From positions 62,001 through 126,000 of the forward strand of contig MCFE01000148.1 in the NCBI GenBank assembly GCA_002104905.1: a stretch of 64,000 nt of DNA, in the 5' to 3' direction. The notes beneath the pieces were generated by a model. It was not told the origin of the DNA. It was given only the letters and a program-made list of their open reading frames with translations, and searched no databases. The DNA comes from Basidiobolus meristosporus CBS 931.73 (Eukaryota; Fungi; Basidiobolomycota). Shown piece by piece: positions 47,581-60,814 of the stretch (position 1 is its first letter; every line of letters starts with the position of its first letter). The position numbers and the translations under genes are program-made.

Positions 47581-50500
47581 AATAGCTGGGTTATTATGAC
47601 TAAGCCATGAGCTTCCAAGTACTATGGAGTAGTGGGGAGAGTAGACAATGTTAAAGGCTAGTGTCTTGTGGTGACCAGTATTCAACAGCTGGAGTAGACA
47701 TGTCTTATGGTTAACAGTACTGGAGGAGAGGGATCTACCATCAATAACTTCTGCTTGGACAGGACAGGATTTCAGGATAGTGGGGATTTTGTGCTTCTGG
47801 ACAAAGGACTGGTCAATGAAACTGGAGGAAGCACCAGAATCTATGGGGGCAAGGACATGGACAGGACTGGACTTAGGGATATGGATGCTGACAGGCATTC
47901 TTAAGGACTGGATGGACTTGGTAGCATATGATGTTTCTTGAATATGTTGAGTTTTCATTGGAGGGTTCAGTTGCAAGCCTGTCATTGTGAATGGACACTG
48001 GAGTTTCCCAACAATTGTGGAGAAGGCTGTTCACTTGGTGATTGCAGGAGTTTGAAGCCGGACTTCTTGTTGGGACAAGACTTGGTAAAATGGCCTGGTT
48101 GACCACAGTACAGGCAGAGGTTTGCCTGCTGACATCCACATCTTTCTTCTTTTGTAAGTTTCTTGTATTTGGCTCTGTCAATTTGCATAGGATCTTCAGG
48201 CTTAGTAATGGGTGACTGGATTACTGGGAAGGAGGTTGGCTGATAAGTATGTCAGAACTTTTGTTTCTTCTGGAAAAGATGACTGCCACATTGGATTGCT
48301 TGATGTATAGCTTCACCCAAGGTAGTTGGGTCAGGGAGTGTGAGTAGTAGGTCACTGACTTAATCATTAAGTCCATCTTGAAGCTGACTAATTAGGGCAG
48401 CATCACCCCAAAGGCTGAAGTCACTGGCTAGTAGGTGGAATTCAGAAGCATAGGCAGGTGCAGGTCTGTTTCCTTGCTTCAAATTCTTGATCTTGTTGGC
48501 AGCAGTTCTGGCTTGGTCAATGTTGCCAAATGTTAGCTCCATGTCTGTGAGGGGGGTATGGTAGTCACTGAGTAGAGGGAAGTTGGTTTCCACCATAGGG
48601 GAGACCATTTCTGGGCAGTTCCAGTGAGTAGGCTGGAGTTATATCCAGCTTTTGCTTGATTTGTTGGGAACCAATTGGGTTGTAGCAACAAGTGATGTTT
48701 GACTTTGTTGATGAAACCTTGGAACTCATTTTGAGAGCCACTGAACTTAGTAGTGGAAGTGATCTTGGGGTCATGGTAGGAGGGAGTATGGATAAGATGT
48801 TGAGTATTTTGGCTCTGAAGCTGAGCAACAGTGTTTCTGAGATCTGCATTACCTTTTTGCAGCTGGGCAAAGGCAGCCATGATGCTTGCATAGTTATATT
48901 CTAGACTGGCCAGGTTGGGTTAGCAGGAGGTGGAGAGGTTTCTTGAGCTTGTTCAGGAGTACCAGATACTACTAGCTGATATGGAGGTTAGAAAGCCATT
49001 AGTTTGTCAGTAATACATTTATTGAGCTACAATCCCCAACTTTAAGTAAGTTAGCATCACTTCAGAAGGTACTGACTTTATTGTTCTTTGATAGAGTATT
49101 GTACCAAAGCTTCCAATGCTGTAACAACTGTAAACTACACCAGCAGGGTAATAAGATGAATGCAGCTTGGGCCAATAACTTTACAATAAAGATTCAGGGA
49201 GATACTTGCTGTATGTATTCCTTTACAAGTTCTTCTCAAGAACTTTGGGTACAAGGCAGAGATCCACAGGTAAGTCAAGAGTAGTCTGATAAAACTGTTA
49301 TGAGTAGGCACAAGGCAGAAGAGCAGAGCTAGGCAAGGGAGGACCTGGAGAGGACTTAGGTGTGGATCACAAGGCAAGGCATGTTTCCAAGGCAAGGCTA
49401 CTTACTCAAGACCTGTGTTTATTGGACTGAGGAATACCTAAGTGGGGATAGTACAATAAATACTTTTTGGCAATATGGATGCCAATATTGGCTAATACTA
49501 ATGGGGTTCTGGGGTGAGGCACAGTAAGTGTGCCAAGATGGAAATATACTAAAGAACAAACTAGAATATCACATGGAGATATGTCAGGGGTTGGCTGATC
49601 ATGTGACCAGGTCATATGACATGTAAATACCATATAGGATATGGGACTACATGAATCCCAATGGGAAGCTTCCATAGAATGTTCCATAGTGTAACATTGA
49701 CTTGGAGCTTTCAAGAAGTTGCTAGAATGTAGTAGAACTTTCTAGAAGGAACTTGGATTTCTTTGCTGACTTGATTTGGCTTGATAATTGGAGGCCAGGG
49801 ATGACATTTGCTCATGACAGTAGGTTTCTGATGGTCCCATGATATACTGGCCTAGTAGTAATACTCTACTAGATTTCTAACAGCCTCTTTTATATTGGTC
49901 TTATCTTCATCATAGCATTCCACAGCTTTGCAGATCTTCAGTGTCGTTTGGTTTTTAAGCTCTGGTATACAAACCACTGTCTCTCTCTCTCTCATGCTGT
50001 AATAGGTTCTCTGTTAGCTTTATCTCTACACACTGTGTTGTGTTTCAAAACTGTACAGTATTCCACTGCTGTGACATTGGGAAACCACCCAACTCTTGGC
50101 TGTGACCCTGAGCTATCTGATTTCCCTCTTTGCAGCCTAGATAGAGTATTGTTTACCTGGGATATGGATTGCTCTACACATATTATCTGTGCTTTGGTTT
50201 TTGGATTATTTCCTGATTTCTCTGGGCCATTACATCTAACCTATAAGCTACTGCCCCTAATTGCCTCCTCAATGCTTTAATATGAGCTGTCAATATGCTT
50301 GCTGATACTTGTGATGCATGTCATAAGAGCTGTTTGCTAGTCTTATACAAGGATACTGTGTTTGCTACATTTTCATCTCCCTGAGTATTATGATCAGCTT
50401 GTGCCTCCGCAGAGTTAATCTGGTTCCTGAACAATTTGAAGCCTGCGGAGTCTGCATCTCTACCTGTAGTGGGCCTACTGTCAGCATGGCCTTTTTTGGA

Positions 50501-51249
50501 TGCAGCCCCAATTACTGCAGTGAATGTAAGAGCAAGCTGTTGTTCAATTATTCTGCTGTTGCTGTCAGCAATGCAGTTTAGTTGGGAACCCCAGAGCTTT
50601 GCTTTGATATTTGGTGGCATATGTAAGATGGAATGTTAAATCAAATGAGAAATAGTGTTACATACCAGTGTTTATGTGGTGCCACTGCTTTATTCATAGT
50701 GCTTACTATGGTGGTTATCATTGATTATTATATTCATGTAGGTGCAAAGTCTCAAATACAATACTGTTGTAAACATTTGTCAATTGACAAAAAACTGTTT
50801 CAAAGGTGTATGTTGTTGCATGTCAAGCTGTTTGCCCATTAACAAGACTTCTTTGATGCACTGCTTTAATAGAAGGGAAATACCACCATGTGACAATCTT
50901 AAGAAGCCTCTCAGACATGAATCAAATAGAATGCATAAGAAGTATTGCAAGGTTCATGGCCAGCATTTTGCCACACAAGTCATGTTGGAGTATTCATCAG
51001 TTTCTACTGTACCAACAATATCCTGCCATCCATTTGATACTTCTAAAATGGCACCTAGTTGTACTTGTCACCTTGTGCAAGCCAACTTGGGGGAGTTTGC
51101 AATGCCTTTTGCCTCACCTTATCATACTGAATATAGTTTACAGAGTGATAGCTCTGAAGAACTAGGCTTACTGATATATTGCAAGCTTATCTCCCCTTGC
51201 ATTAGGACCCTGCAAAAGCCTGGCAAAATCCTGATGTGCAATATGATAT

Positions 51250-51541
51250 CATCAGTGAAAAAAACAGTAAGAATACTCTGTGTAGTATATATACCTTTAC
51301 ATTGTCTTGGCATAACAAACACATAGAATAGGTTAAGGAGGGTGCCAAGAGTATGTGTGCAAAGTTTTGGGCTGCTTGGACAACTTTGAGAATTCTCATG
51401 TTCTATGTACCTGGTATTTTGGTGAAAATATTCCAAGTAAATCCAACAAGGAATTTGGTCAGTTTTCTCTAGGATATGAAGGTAATGATCTAAGCAACTA
51501 AGTTAGGTGAATATTTAAGTGGAAATACAAATTTTTACAAC
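51250..51541 (-). repeat. Partial Copia C2 LTR
   Basis: Reverse complement of the 8509-8780 solo LTR, beginning TGTTGTAAAA. Confidence 0.8.
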
Positions 51542-51644
51542 AAGAAGCACTCAGTCAAAGTAGTAGTGAAGGACCTGGCAGTGATAAAAACAGCTGCTTT
51601 TACAGGAGCCCATCACAACTATAGTTGAGAGCTTGAAACAAGCA

Positions 51645-52600
51645 GAAAAGAAATGTCAGGTTGCCAGAAGAGTGCCAGCAAGGGGCAAGCAGGCCAAAAC
51701 AGATGTGTCAGAGCAGAATTTATCAAGCAGAGAACTTAGTTCATTACAAGAAGCACTCAGACAAAGTAGCGGTGAAAGTCCTGGCAGTGATAAAGGAAAA
51801 GGTAAAGGGAGAAATGTCTACCCAAGCCTGAGACAGGGAGGTATGCAAAAAAAACTGCAGTTCTTGCCAATTAATGCCATAAGCCCAGTACAGACTGAGT
51901 CCTATCATAACCAAGAAGAATTACCAACAAGAAAACAGCTGTTTTCACAAGAGTTGGAAGTGTAGCCAGTTGAGCTACACTCCAGCAAGGTAGATGAGTT
52001 TGCAGAAAAAGGCAATTTGTCTACCACAGCCTCCACATCCTTCATTGTTGACTAAGTGGAAATCCCACAGACAGACAAGGCTACAATGTCAATAACTCAA
52101 GAGACTATCACAATCCCTTTAATGGAATCTTGGAGCACTAATAAGCACACCCAGAGGTTGCAGCACTTCTTCAAGAGCAGTACTCAAGTAAATGCACTTG
52201 AATATTGCAAGGATTTACTGCAAAGACTGGCAGATGAGGTCCCAGACCTTGCAGTGCCAGCTGAAGACCAGGATGTGTGAGAACCAGTGAATGAACAGCG
52301 GCATAAATCCATTGGGTTCCTGCCAAAGTTGTGGAACCAGATTGTTACAGCAGAAATACCTATTGGGTGGTGAATTTCAATGGAGCTACTTGTTGAGTGT
52401 GGGGTGGGGCTTAATGTTAGTGTAGGGCATAAAAACTTCTATAGGTCAAAACAATTGGCATTTGAGGTACAACTGAAGTTTCAACAGAAATAAATCAATT
52501 TGTACGCATGAAAAGTAAGAGAAATGGTTGAGTCAGGAAGTAAGGAGTGTGAAAAAGAGGCAATAGCCAATCAATGCACACAAATGTAGGAGGTGATAGA
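51645..52600 (+). repeat. Unclassified dispersed repeat, copy 2, with a decayed long reading frame
   Basis: Homologous to 720-1625; ORFs 51633-51965 and 52056-52280 are in one frame. Confidence 0.7.
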
Positions 52601-52699
52601 GTGTCCAGGATCAGAAAGTGAGCAAATTGGCAGGGAACTAATCAAAAGCTGCTTATACATTGTTGTAATGAAAAATTTTGACTAAGTTTTTTGTGAGAT

Positions 52700-53640
52700 C
52701 TGGAGTGCAATTATTTTTTAAGTCTCTGGACAGTGTCCTGATGGGATCAGTGCTTCTTAGTCACAATACTTTGGGATGGCCTTTTGACAGGATCATTATA
52801 ATAATTTTTCATAGGGTATACCATAAGGTTCAGTATGCTTTATTAAAACTTTTCTTATTAAATTGAGTTTGTTAGCACTAAGAGACTGGATTAATTGAAA
52901 TCAATTTGTGTGCTGCTTGGTGGATAGGATAATTCAGAGTTACATCATAGATCAGCTGATGTCTTGGCAACTACTGTGTGGTTTGGTAGATCTGAGATGA
53001 CTTATCACTTCAAAAGGCTTAGCAGATTGATTGAGGATGTAATGAGCATATGAAAATTGATCAGGTATGACAGCTACAAATAGATTCTGAGATGCAATAA
53101 AAGAAACATTAACTGGGATTAGTTATGCTTGGGTAAGGGAAATCAGTCAGGGGTCCAGATTTTCTAACAGAGTAAATTTGTTGAAATATAAATGATGATG
53201 CCCAATAAGAAGGAATTATCCATGTAAGCCTTATAAGCAGTAAAGAAAGCCACACACTTACCTTCAAAGAAGTACTCTTTATATCAGAAATAGCCAAGAA
53301 CCTATCATCTGTAATAAGGCCACAGCAGAGTGGCTCAGTATCTGGTTTGACAATTCTGGATGCAGGATAACTGATCAAAATGGTGCCAATATTGCTTTAG
53401 GTATCAGAGATTGGAATCTATACAACTGGATTTACATTCCATCATAGGTGGAAGCCAATATAGGTAAATCAAAGGAAGAAGCATCACTGCTCTGGTACTG
53501 GAGATTTGGACACACCCACTCTGGTTATTTGCACACAATGATAATGAATCAGCTGATTTCTGGAGTAAAATAGATCCCACAGGTAATTTGGAGCATTGTG
53601 AAGCCTCTTTATATGTAAAATATGCCAGAGAGCTGTTCAA
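52700..53640 (-). mobile_element. Possible relic non-LTR (LINE) reverse transcriptase
   Basis: IIPSYWASSFIF..KSGPLTD..PSITN and FNKAY only loosely resemble LINE RT motifs. Confidence 0.3.
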
Positions 53641-53689
53641 GACCTCTGGCTTAATCAGACTGTGAAAAAAGTAGATCTAATTCACCACA

Positions 53690-56640
53690 ATCTGTAGGGA
53701 CCTATGTAAAATTTATCCTTAGGCAGGATGAAGTATTTTGTCACTTTTATTGATGATTTTACAAAGTACACATGGGTCTATATCAGGGAAAGAAAGTAAG
53801 AATTTCTGTCTAGGCTGTAGGAGCTTTAGGGCATGGTGGAGAGAAAAACTGGTGAAAAAAACAAGAAAATACTCTTAGACAATGGTGGATAATATGCCAC
53901 AAAACTCTTCATCTGCTTGTGCAAATTTATTGGATAAAGCAAGACACCACTGCACCATACTCCCCACAGCAAAATGAAGTGGCAGAATATGCAAACAGAT
54001 CAATAATTAATATGGAAAGATCTTTGATCTATGACCAGAAATTATCAGGCAATTTTGAATGAAATCAGTGGCTACAGCTGTAAATCTCAAAAAGAGGAGC
54101 TATAGCAGAGTACATTGTGTTTCTCCCACACTTGAGGCATGGAATGGATACAACCCAAGTGCAGAACATCTAAAAATATTTGGGCTTACAGTATATGCTA
54201 AGCAACAACTTGGTGATCAGTCAAAATTTGAGCCAGAAAGTTACAGCAATAAGTGTAAGACATCAGGACTCTACAATACCAAAGCAAAGAAGCTGACCAA
54301 GCTCAGCAATGTGCTGTCTGATGTAGATTCATGAGTTTTACAAAAAAGAAGCAAGATGATGACAAAAATCTGTTACAAGCCCACCAATGGTTGGGATTGA
54401 ATTACAGCAGAACAATCAAAATCTTGTCACTTCAGAAGACTCAGCAATCATGATATAGCCTAAATCAGTGGCCTGGAGTATCCCTGAAATGAGCATTCCA
54501 GTACTCCAATCCAGGACAACTATTTGGATCATAAATGGTCCTAATTACTATATCAATGAGGGTACAAGCTTAGTCTATGCCTATTCAGTCCATACTGAGA
54601 AACCCCAGACTGTAAAAGAGGTTCTAAATAGTCCTCAGATAAAGTTTTGGAGATTTGCAATGACTGAGCAGTACTAAGCCCTGAAGGAAAATCAAACTTG
54701 GGACTTGGTCAAATTATCTATCAATCTAAAGATGTTGGATGAAGATGAGTATTGAAGAAAAAATATAAGGCTGATGATAGAGTTGAAAGATATAAAGTAA
54801 GACTTATTGCTAAAGGATACTCTCAAACAAAATGACTTGACTACAGTGAGACCTTAGCACTGGTGGCCAAATTGAATTTTATGAGATTGATATTAGCTAT
54901 TGATGCCAAATATAAGTTCTCTATTCATCAAATGGATGTAAACACAGCATTTTTGAATGGGGAACTTGGTGAGGACATATACATGGACCAACCTGATGCT
55001 TTTGTGGACCAAGATAAGCCCATTTGGTCTGCAAGCTTAAAAGCTCTGTAAATGGTCTCAAACAATCACCAACAGCATGGAATTGCAAGATTGATTCATA
55101 TTTGAATCTTTGAGTTTCCAAAGAAGTATGGCTGACTATAGTATCTAATATAAACCAGATGGAGCATGTTCAGCTCTATTGGCTCTACATGTGGATGATC
55201 TTATTATAGCTGCTAATAACTAAGAAACCATGAAAGAGACTAAATCCAGCCTTGCTAATGAGTTCAAGATGTCTAATCTAGGTGAACTTGGTTACTACTT
55301 AGGGATAAAGTTCTCCATACACAAAAGTACTTAGACTATCACCATAGGCCAATCTAAGCATATTCAAGATATATCAAAGAAGTACCAAATGGAAGACTGG
55401 AAACCAGCAACTACCTCAATGGAGATAAACCTTAATTTGGTCAAACTCAGCCAAATCCAGAGAGCTTTGTGCTATCTGAAAGCCCAGAACTCCCATACCA
55501 GTCTATGTTTGGCAGTCTGATGTATAGTGTACTTGGAATACATCCAAATATCTCATATTTAGTGGGAGTTGTGAGCCTGCAGAATCAGAACTATAGACCT
55601 GATCAAATTGCAGCAGTTAAGTTGTTTTTTATATACCTATAAGAACTGCTGATTTGTGCTAAAGATACACCTATAAGGATTCAGAGCAGGGTCTTGTGTG
55701 ATACTCTGATGCTGATAAGGGACAAAACTCAGAAGACCAAAGATCCACTACAGGTTACACCATTCTTTACTGTAATGGAGCAAACTCATGGAAATCAAGA
55801 AAGCAGCCAACTATAGTACTTTCCACCACAGAAGCACAGTATATGGCTGCATGTGAAGCTACATAAGAAGCAATGCGGCTAAGAGAGCTTCTTAAAAACT
55901 TAGGCTTATGTCAAAAAGCACCTACTTCTTTACTTCAAGATAATTACGGAGGTATACATTTAGGTAGAAATCCAACTTTTCATGCTAGAGCTAGGCATAC
56001 AGCTTTCAGACATCATTTCATATCTGAAGCTATATAGAGTAGCTTGGTTAACTTAGCTGACTGTCCTACAGATGAGAAGGTTGCAGACATATTTTCCAAA
56101 CAATTGGCTAGACACATACTTGAATATCTTAGGTCACAATCAGGACTAATCAGTGTGAGCATTCAATTGAGTGGAAGTGTTGTAGAGATTTGTAATTCTA
56201 CCTAAATATTCACCTCACTTATTCACACAGATCACTACCTACAAATCTTAGAGAATACTCACCATATTCCTAATTGGTATTTACTTGGAATATTTTTACC
56301 AAAATATCATATACCCAGAACATGAGAGCTCACAAAGTTGTCCAAACAGCCCCAAACTTGAACACATATTCTTGGGGCCTTCTTAAGCATATTTTGCAGG
56401 TTTTTATGCCAGGACCATGTAAGAGTATAAATACCACTTTTACATTCAACAATCTTGTAAAGCTTGTAATTCCACCTGAATATTCACCTAGCTTAGTCAC
56501 TTTCATCATCACCTACAAGTATTTAAGAACTTTGAGCAAGTTCCTTGTTGGGATCTACTTGAAATATCTTCACCATCACATCAGGTACTCAGAACATGAG
56601 ATTTCTCAAGGTTGTCCAAAAAGCCCCTAACTTTGCACAC
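53690..56640 (+). mobile_element. Ty1/Copia family C2, degenerate, with 3' LTR at ~56178 and a partial tandem LTR
   Basis: FIDDFTKYTWVY, PQQNEVAE, HQMDVNTAFLNGEL, WKSRKQPTIVLSTTEA; purine tract precedes TGTTGTAG; LTR start repeats at ~56458. Confidence 0.85.
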
Positions 56641-57175
56641 ATTTTTTTTTGGCAGGATCAACACAATTTCTTTTGACAGGGGCCTGAGTCCACCCAAAAA
56701 GTATGGTAATTGATTTTGGTCATGAATCATGGATCTTGTTACATCCGGTAACAGATATATTGTTTCAATGTTCTTACACCTCGTTTTGCCATGGAGAGTA
56801 TGATAGTATGGTCCCATGAGCTTGCAGTAGTGGATAAGGCGCTTTGTTTTATATTCTCTGCCAGTATCAGAGCACATTTTCTTGACTTTCTGCCAGTTTC
56901 TCTCTCCACCGTGGCTTTAAGTTCCCCGTACTCAGGCGGTGCTTCTTTCTTACTTTCAATTAAGTAGAACTAGGTGCGTTTCACAAGATTACCAATAGAT
57001 GCGACCAAACACTTCTTGTACTTGCGCTCAAATTTCGCACAAGTCCCCATAGACCTGAGTGAGTCGAATCCATTATTTTTGTGGTTTTGGTTGATCTGGA
57101 GCTCTTGCGCAGTTTTCTGGCCTGTTTCCCATATATGCAGACTTCACAGGGCTCCAAATAGCTGGGGATTAATTT
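56640..57175 (-). mobile_element. Relic Copia integrase fragment that retains CpG
   Basis: CEVCIYGKQARK..DSTHSGLWG and KVKKMCSDTGREY resemble Copia C..C..GKQ.R / HSDLWG / RSDNGGEY. Confidence 0.65.
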
Positions 57176-57728
57176 AGGAGGCTTAATGTTAAATGATATT
57201 CTCCAATCATTTCAACCCGGTTTCTTTAACCTGAGGGCAATTCGACCATATGGGACAAGATATCAATGTAATCAAGTGTACCACCAATCATTCACTGAGC
57301 GATGCTACAATATGAAAGCGAGTCCTGCAAGAAAAATGGCTGGCATTTTGCTACGCCGATGAGAAATCCGCCGAACTGGACACCACAATAAATCCACTAG
57401 CGTTTATACCATCGGGTCTCCCAAATGGAAGCTACCTCCGTGGCTGAGGCGGGTATCTCATGAGCAGAAGGTGTAGTGCATAGGAAGCGTGGACACATTC
57501 GAATCTACAGGTGGGCCTCAGACTCGAGCACTCTCAATACGGAATATGTTGTGAGAACAGAGCAAATGATCAGAATCCACATGTATTTCCCCAACCTATT
57601 CAATCCCACAACCGATGGCAACCCATTAAATATCTGGGAATAAGGATCGGTGGAGATTTGCTGACGTATCATTCAGGTCAAATGCATGATATAACCTGGA
57701 AAGATGGCGGTTAGCCGTCACATCCATC

Positions 57729-58572
57729 ATGGAACTTCCAAATTACCGAATCAAAGGCACGCCAAGCAGCGTCTATTATATTCCCGACTTCATCAGTGAG
57801 GTGGAGGAGGCGTATCTCCGGAAACAGGTAGGCTTCCTTTGGCACACGGGCTACGAAGGGGGGCGGTTGAAGCTGCGGACGGCTTACCTTTGGGTTTTGA
57901 TTTTCTCTAGGTGTACCTAGCCCCCAGGCAGCGTTGGGTTCAACTACGCAAGCGTAGACTTCAGAGTTGGGGTAGGGGTGGTATGGCTAATGCGCTTGAT
58001 GGAGCGCTGCTAATTCGTTTGACCTAGGCGGAACCCCAAGTGCAGAGGGCATGGCTCTGGAGGCACTTGAGCCTTGGCTGACTGCGCCTTTCAAGCGCTT
58101 TGAGCGGCTTGGGCTGTTTAAAGACATGGGGGACGCGCCAAACCACGTACTCATCAACGAGTACCTAGCTGGGCAGGGGATCATGGTAATTTGGCCAACC
58201 GCGCTGTACGGCAAGCAACTGACTGGACCTAACCCACTTTGCCTGTAGCCTCACGAAGATGGGGCCTTCTACCACCCCACCGTCGCCACCGTCTCCCTGG
58301 GCTCTCACACAATACTGGACTTCTATCCCTCACAAGAGTCCCTCGGCGCCCCGGAATTCTCTTTGCTGCTAGAGCCGAGAAGTCTCGTGGTGCTGACGGA
58401 GGACGTGTACCTGAGATACAAGCACGGGATCGCCGAGACGACGGTGGATGATTTATCCAAAAAGAAGGTCCTCAACCTTCCATACGACATGATCCCATGT
58501 ACACTGGAGAGAACAACTCGTCTATCACTCACCTATCGAAGCGTGAAAAATGCAAACGACCGCCAATCATAG
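57729..58572 (+). CDS. ALKBH6: AlkB-family Fe(II)/2-oxoglutarate dioxygenase, ALKBH6-like; exons 57729-57827, 57911-57971, 58028-58185, 58249-58572
   Basis: YYIPDFISE.EE, RRLQSWGG, NHVLINEY..GQGIMPHEDG, KHGI, RLSLTYR; GT-AG introns keep the frame. Confidence 0.92.
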
Positions 58573-59085
58573 GAGACAATCTGTTCCAACGATTTCGGGT
58601 GTTTGAGCTGAGGAAGGATATGCCCACCCACACTTCATCCTGGTTTGACTCAATCTCAGCAATAAAGAGCTAAGAAATCGTACCTACCACTCACCACCCA
58701 TCATCCATCATCCATCACCCGTCCCCGACAAGGCCGGCTTCCCTGCAAATCCCTTGGTTGCCACCTATGGAATCCAGAACTCATGGACGCGTGATGATGT
58801 CCGATGATATGAACAGAATATGGATCTGTGCGTGAGGTCACTAGTCCGCTCACATCCGGACCTATCGCTCAATTTCCAATTTACCATTTCCAGAGACTTT
58901 TGTGGAATCACCCTGGCTCAATCTGAGGAGGTTGACTGGAATCTGCAACCAATCATTGTACCGGGAAGTAGCATAGAGGACCGTACGCTGTTCATTCACC
59001 TTCATTCAATAAATAAGCCTGGCCAGTTGAAAATTACGTATACGTCCCATAGACTCGCCACACCCAGTCCGTCGTCGCCACTCCC

Positions 59086-60715
59086 ATGAGTCAAAACCAC
59101 TACTCCGCTCATCGTGCCGGTCTCTCTGAAATCCAGAGCGACTGGGGCATGATCAAAGCCAAGGAGCTCATTCAAGTCCAAAACGTCATAATCATGTATG
59201 TTCGAGGGGTTTCCCTTGTTGTCCTATATCCACACTCACCTGTTACTATCACAGCGATGGAGAAGCGAGCCTGGAGTCTGCTGTACAGGTACTGGCCGTT
59301 TGTTCGTGTACGCTTTCGTTCCCCCAGTAACCAACCCCGTTGAGTAGACCTTGATCCGTGGTGGGGTTAGTTCAGCACCGATCTATAGCCAGGAAACCAA
59401 CAACTTCATTGGAATGTTCGATTATCGGGACATGCTTACCTACGTGTTGGCTGTCAAGGAGCGAAGCAGCATCCTACAAAAAGAATCCTCCCCCGAGATC
59501 GCTGACCTCATCAAAAGGGCCTCCAACGCCGAAAGCATCCCAGTAAAGCTCGCCTCAGGTACCTCCAGCATTGGTAGAGCGTAAGGTCGTTGTCGCCTAT
59601 AGCTAACAGGTGTGCACTCTCCTATCTAGACTTGTCCCAGAGAAATCCGTTTTATTCTGTAACGGAGGACACCTCGCTCATTCAGATCCTGGACCTGCTC
59701 AGCTCACATGTGCAACGAGGTATCTCCCCAATGATTTTGCATGGTTGGTAGAGGTGGACTGAGGTTTTCTTATTCCCCGTAGTGGTCGTCGCCGATAACG
59801 AAGGAAAACTTACGGTAAAGCTAGCAAACAAACGCACCCCAACAAAAGGCTACTAACACACCTGACCTTAGGGGATTCTGTCCCAATCTCTGATCGTAGA
59901 GTACATTTTCACCAGAGTATGTGGTTGTTGATTCTTCTCGATGTGGTTTGCTATTGACGCGTTGATGTTGGTAATCTAAGCTGGAGCACTATCCAGACCT
60001 CAAAGCGTTGTTTATGAAAACGGTACAGTCGCTCGCATCTGTGAGGCTCTCTATGTGTTGGTGTACTCACCTGCTCTCCCTCTCCGTCAGTTACCAGAAT
60101 TGAATATGGGCAAGACCGAGGTCATCTCCATCAGTACAGACCGGCCGGTTATTGACGCAATGGCTCTGCTAAGTCCGGACCATTAATTCGCCTTAGCGCA
60201 TCATTCTCTTTTAACATTGGATTCTTTCTTAGTCCGCTCGGGGTTGTCATCCGTTGCGGTAGTTGATCCTTCAGACCGTGTGCTGGGAAACATCTCGTTA
60301 TCCGATGTGAAGGTAGTCCGATGTGATGTTTAATTGACCGGAATTCGATCTAAATGCAACATTTGTATAGCAATACATACAGAAGAACTATCGCCAGGCA
60401 ATCCTCCATGGCACCTGTCTCCAGTTCATATCGCAGATACGCATGGATCAAGGGCTGGAGTGCGGAGCGGTAACTGTAAACTACAATCATGTCGACTTGA
60501 ACGCATTAGACTAAAGCAAAATCACCTCTCGGTAGGACCACGCACCTATTTACGATGTCCCCCCTAATGCCACCCTCCATCATACGGTGGCCAAGATGTT
60601 GGCTACAAAAGCGCATCGCATCTGGGTTTCTGATTCCAATGGGCGTCCAGTTGGGGTGGTCTCCCTCACAGACGTTGTGAGACTCCTCTCGGGACTGCAG
60701 AATCAAGCCGAATGA
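59086..60715 (+). CDS. Multi-exon CBS-domain protein, Sds23/Sds24-like
   Basis: SSAPIY..FIGMFDYRD, IPVKLASDLSQRNPFYSV, TLHHTVAKMLATKAHRIWV..PVGVVSLTDVV; several GT-AG introns, not all exon limits fixed. Confidence 0.8.
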
Positions 60716-60814
60716 TAGCAAGCGCCGCCTTTTTGTAGCAGTCCGTGGGTAGAATCGATATTCTTGGTGACTGACCCAAGCCTACCCTTGCTCCACCCTT
60801 CTTCACACGTCTAT

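Larger units (their letters stand above)
39730..49621 (-). mobile_element. Ty3/Gypsy family G2 (Tf/MAGGY-like), truncated in RT, split by PHIS copy 3
   Basis: 5' LTR 49005-49621; gag PKI..KFSG, CLYCGQPGHFTKSCP; protease IDSGA; reading PAI-NWKTK rejoins 47581 to 40349; related LTR segment at 39730-40035. Confidence 0.85.

Noticed and set aside
49948-51326. ORFs 50321-50620 and 50742-51326 as genes
   Set aside because: No recognisable motif, CpG-depleted context and overlapping frames; left unannotated.
1-56700. Ascomycete-type RIP as the cause of TE decay
   Set aside because: The dominant change between copies is CpG to TpG/CpA, while CpA/TpG remain abundant.
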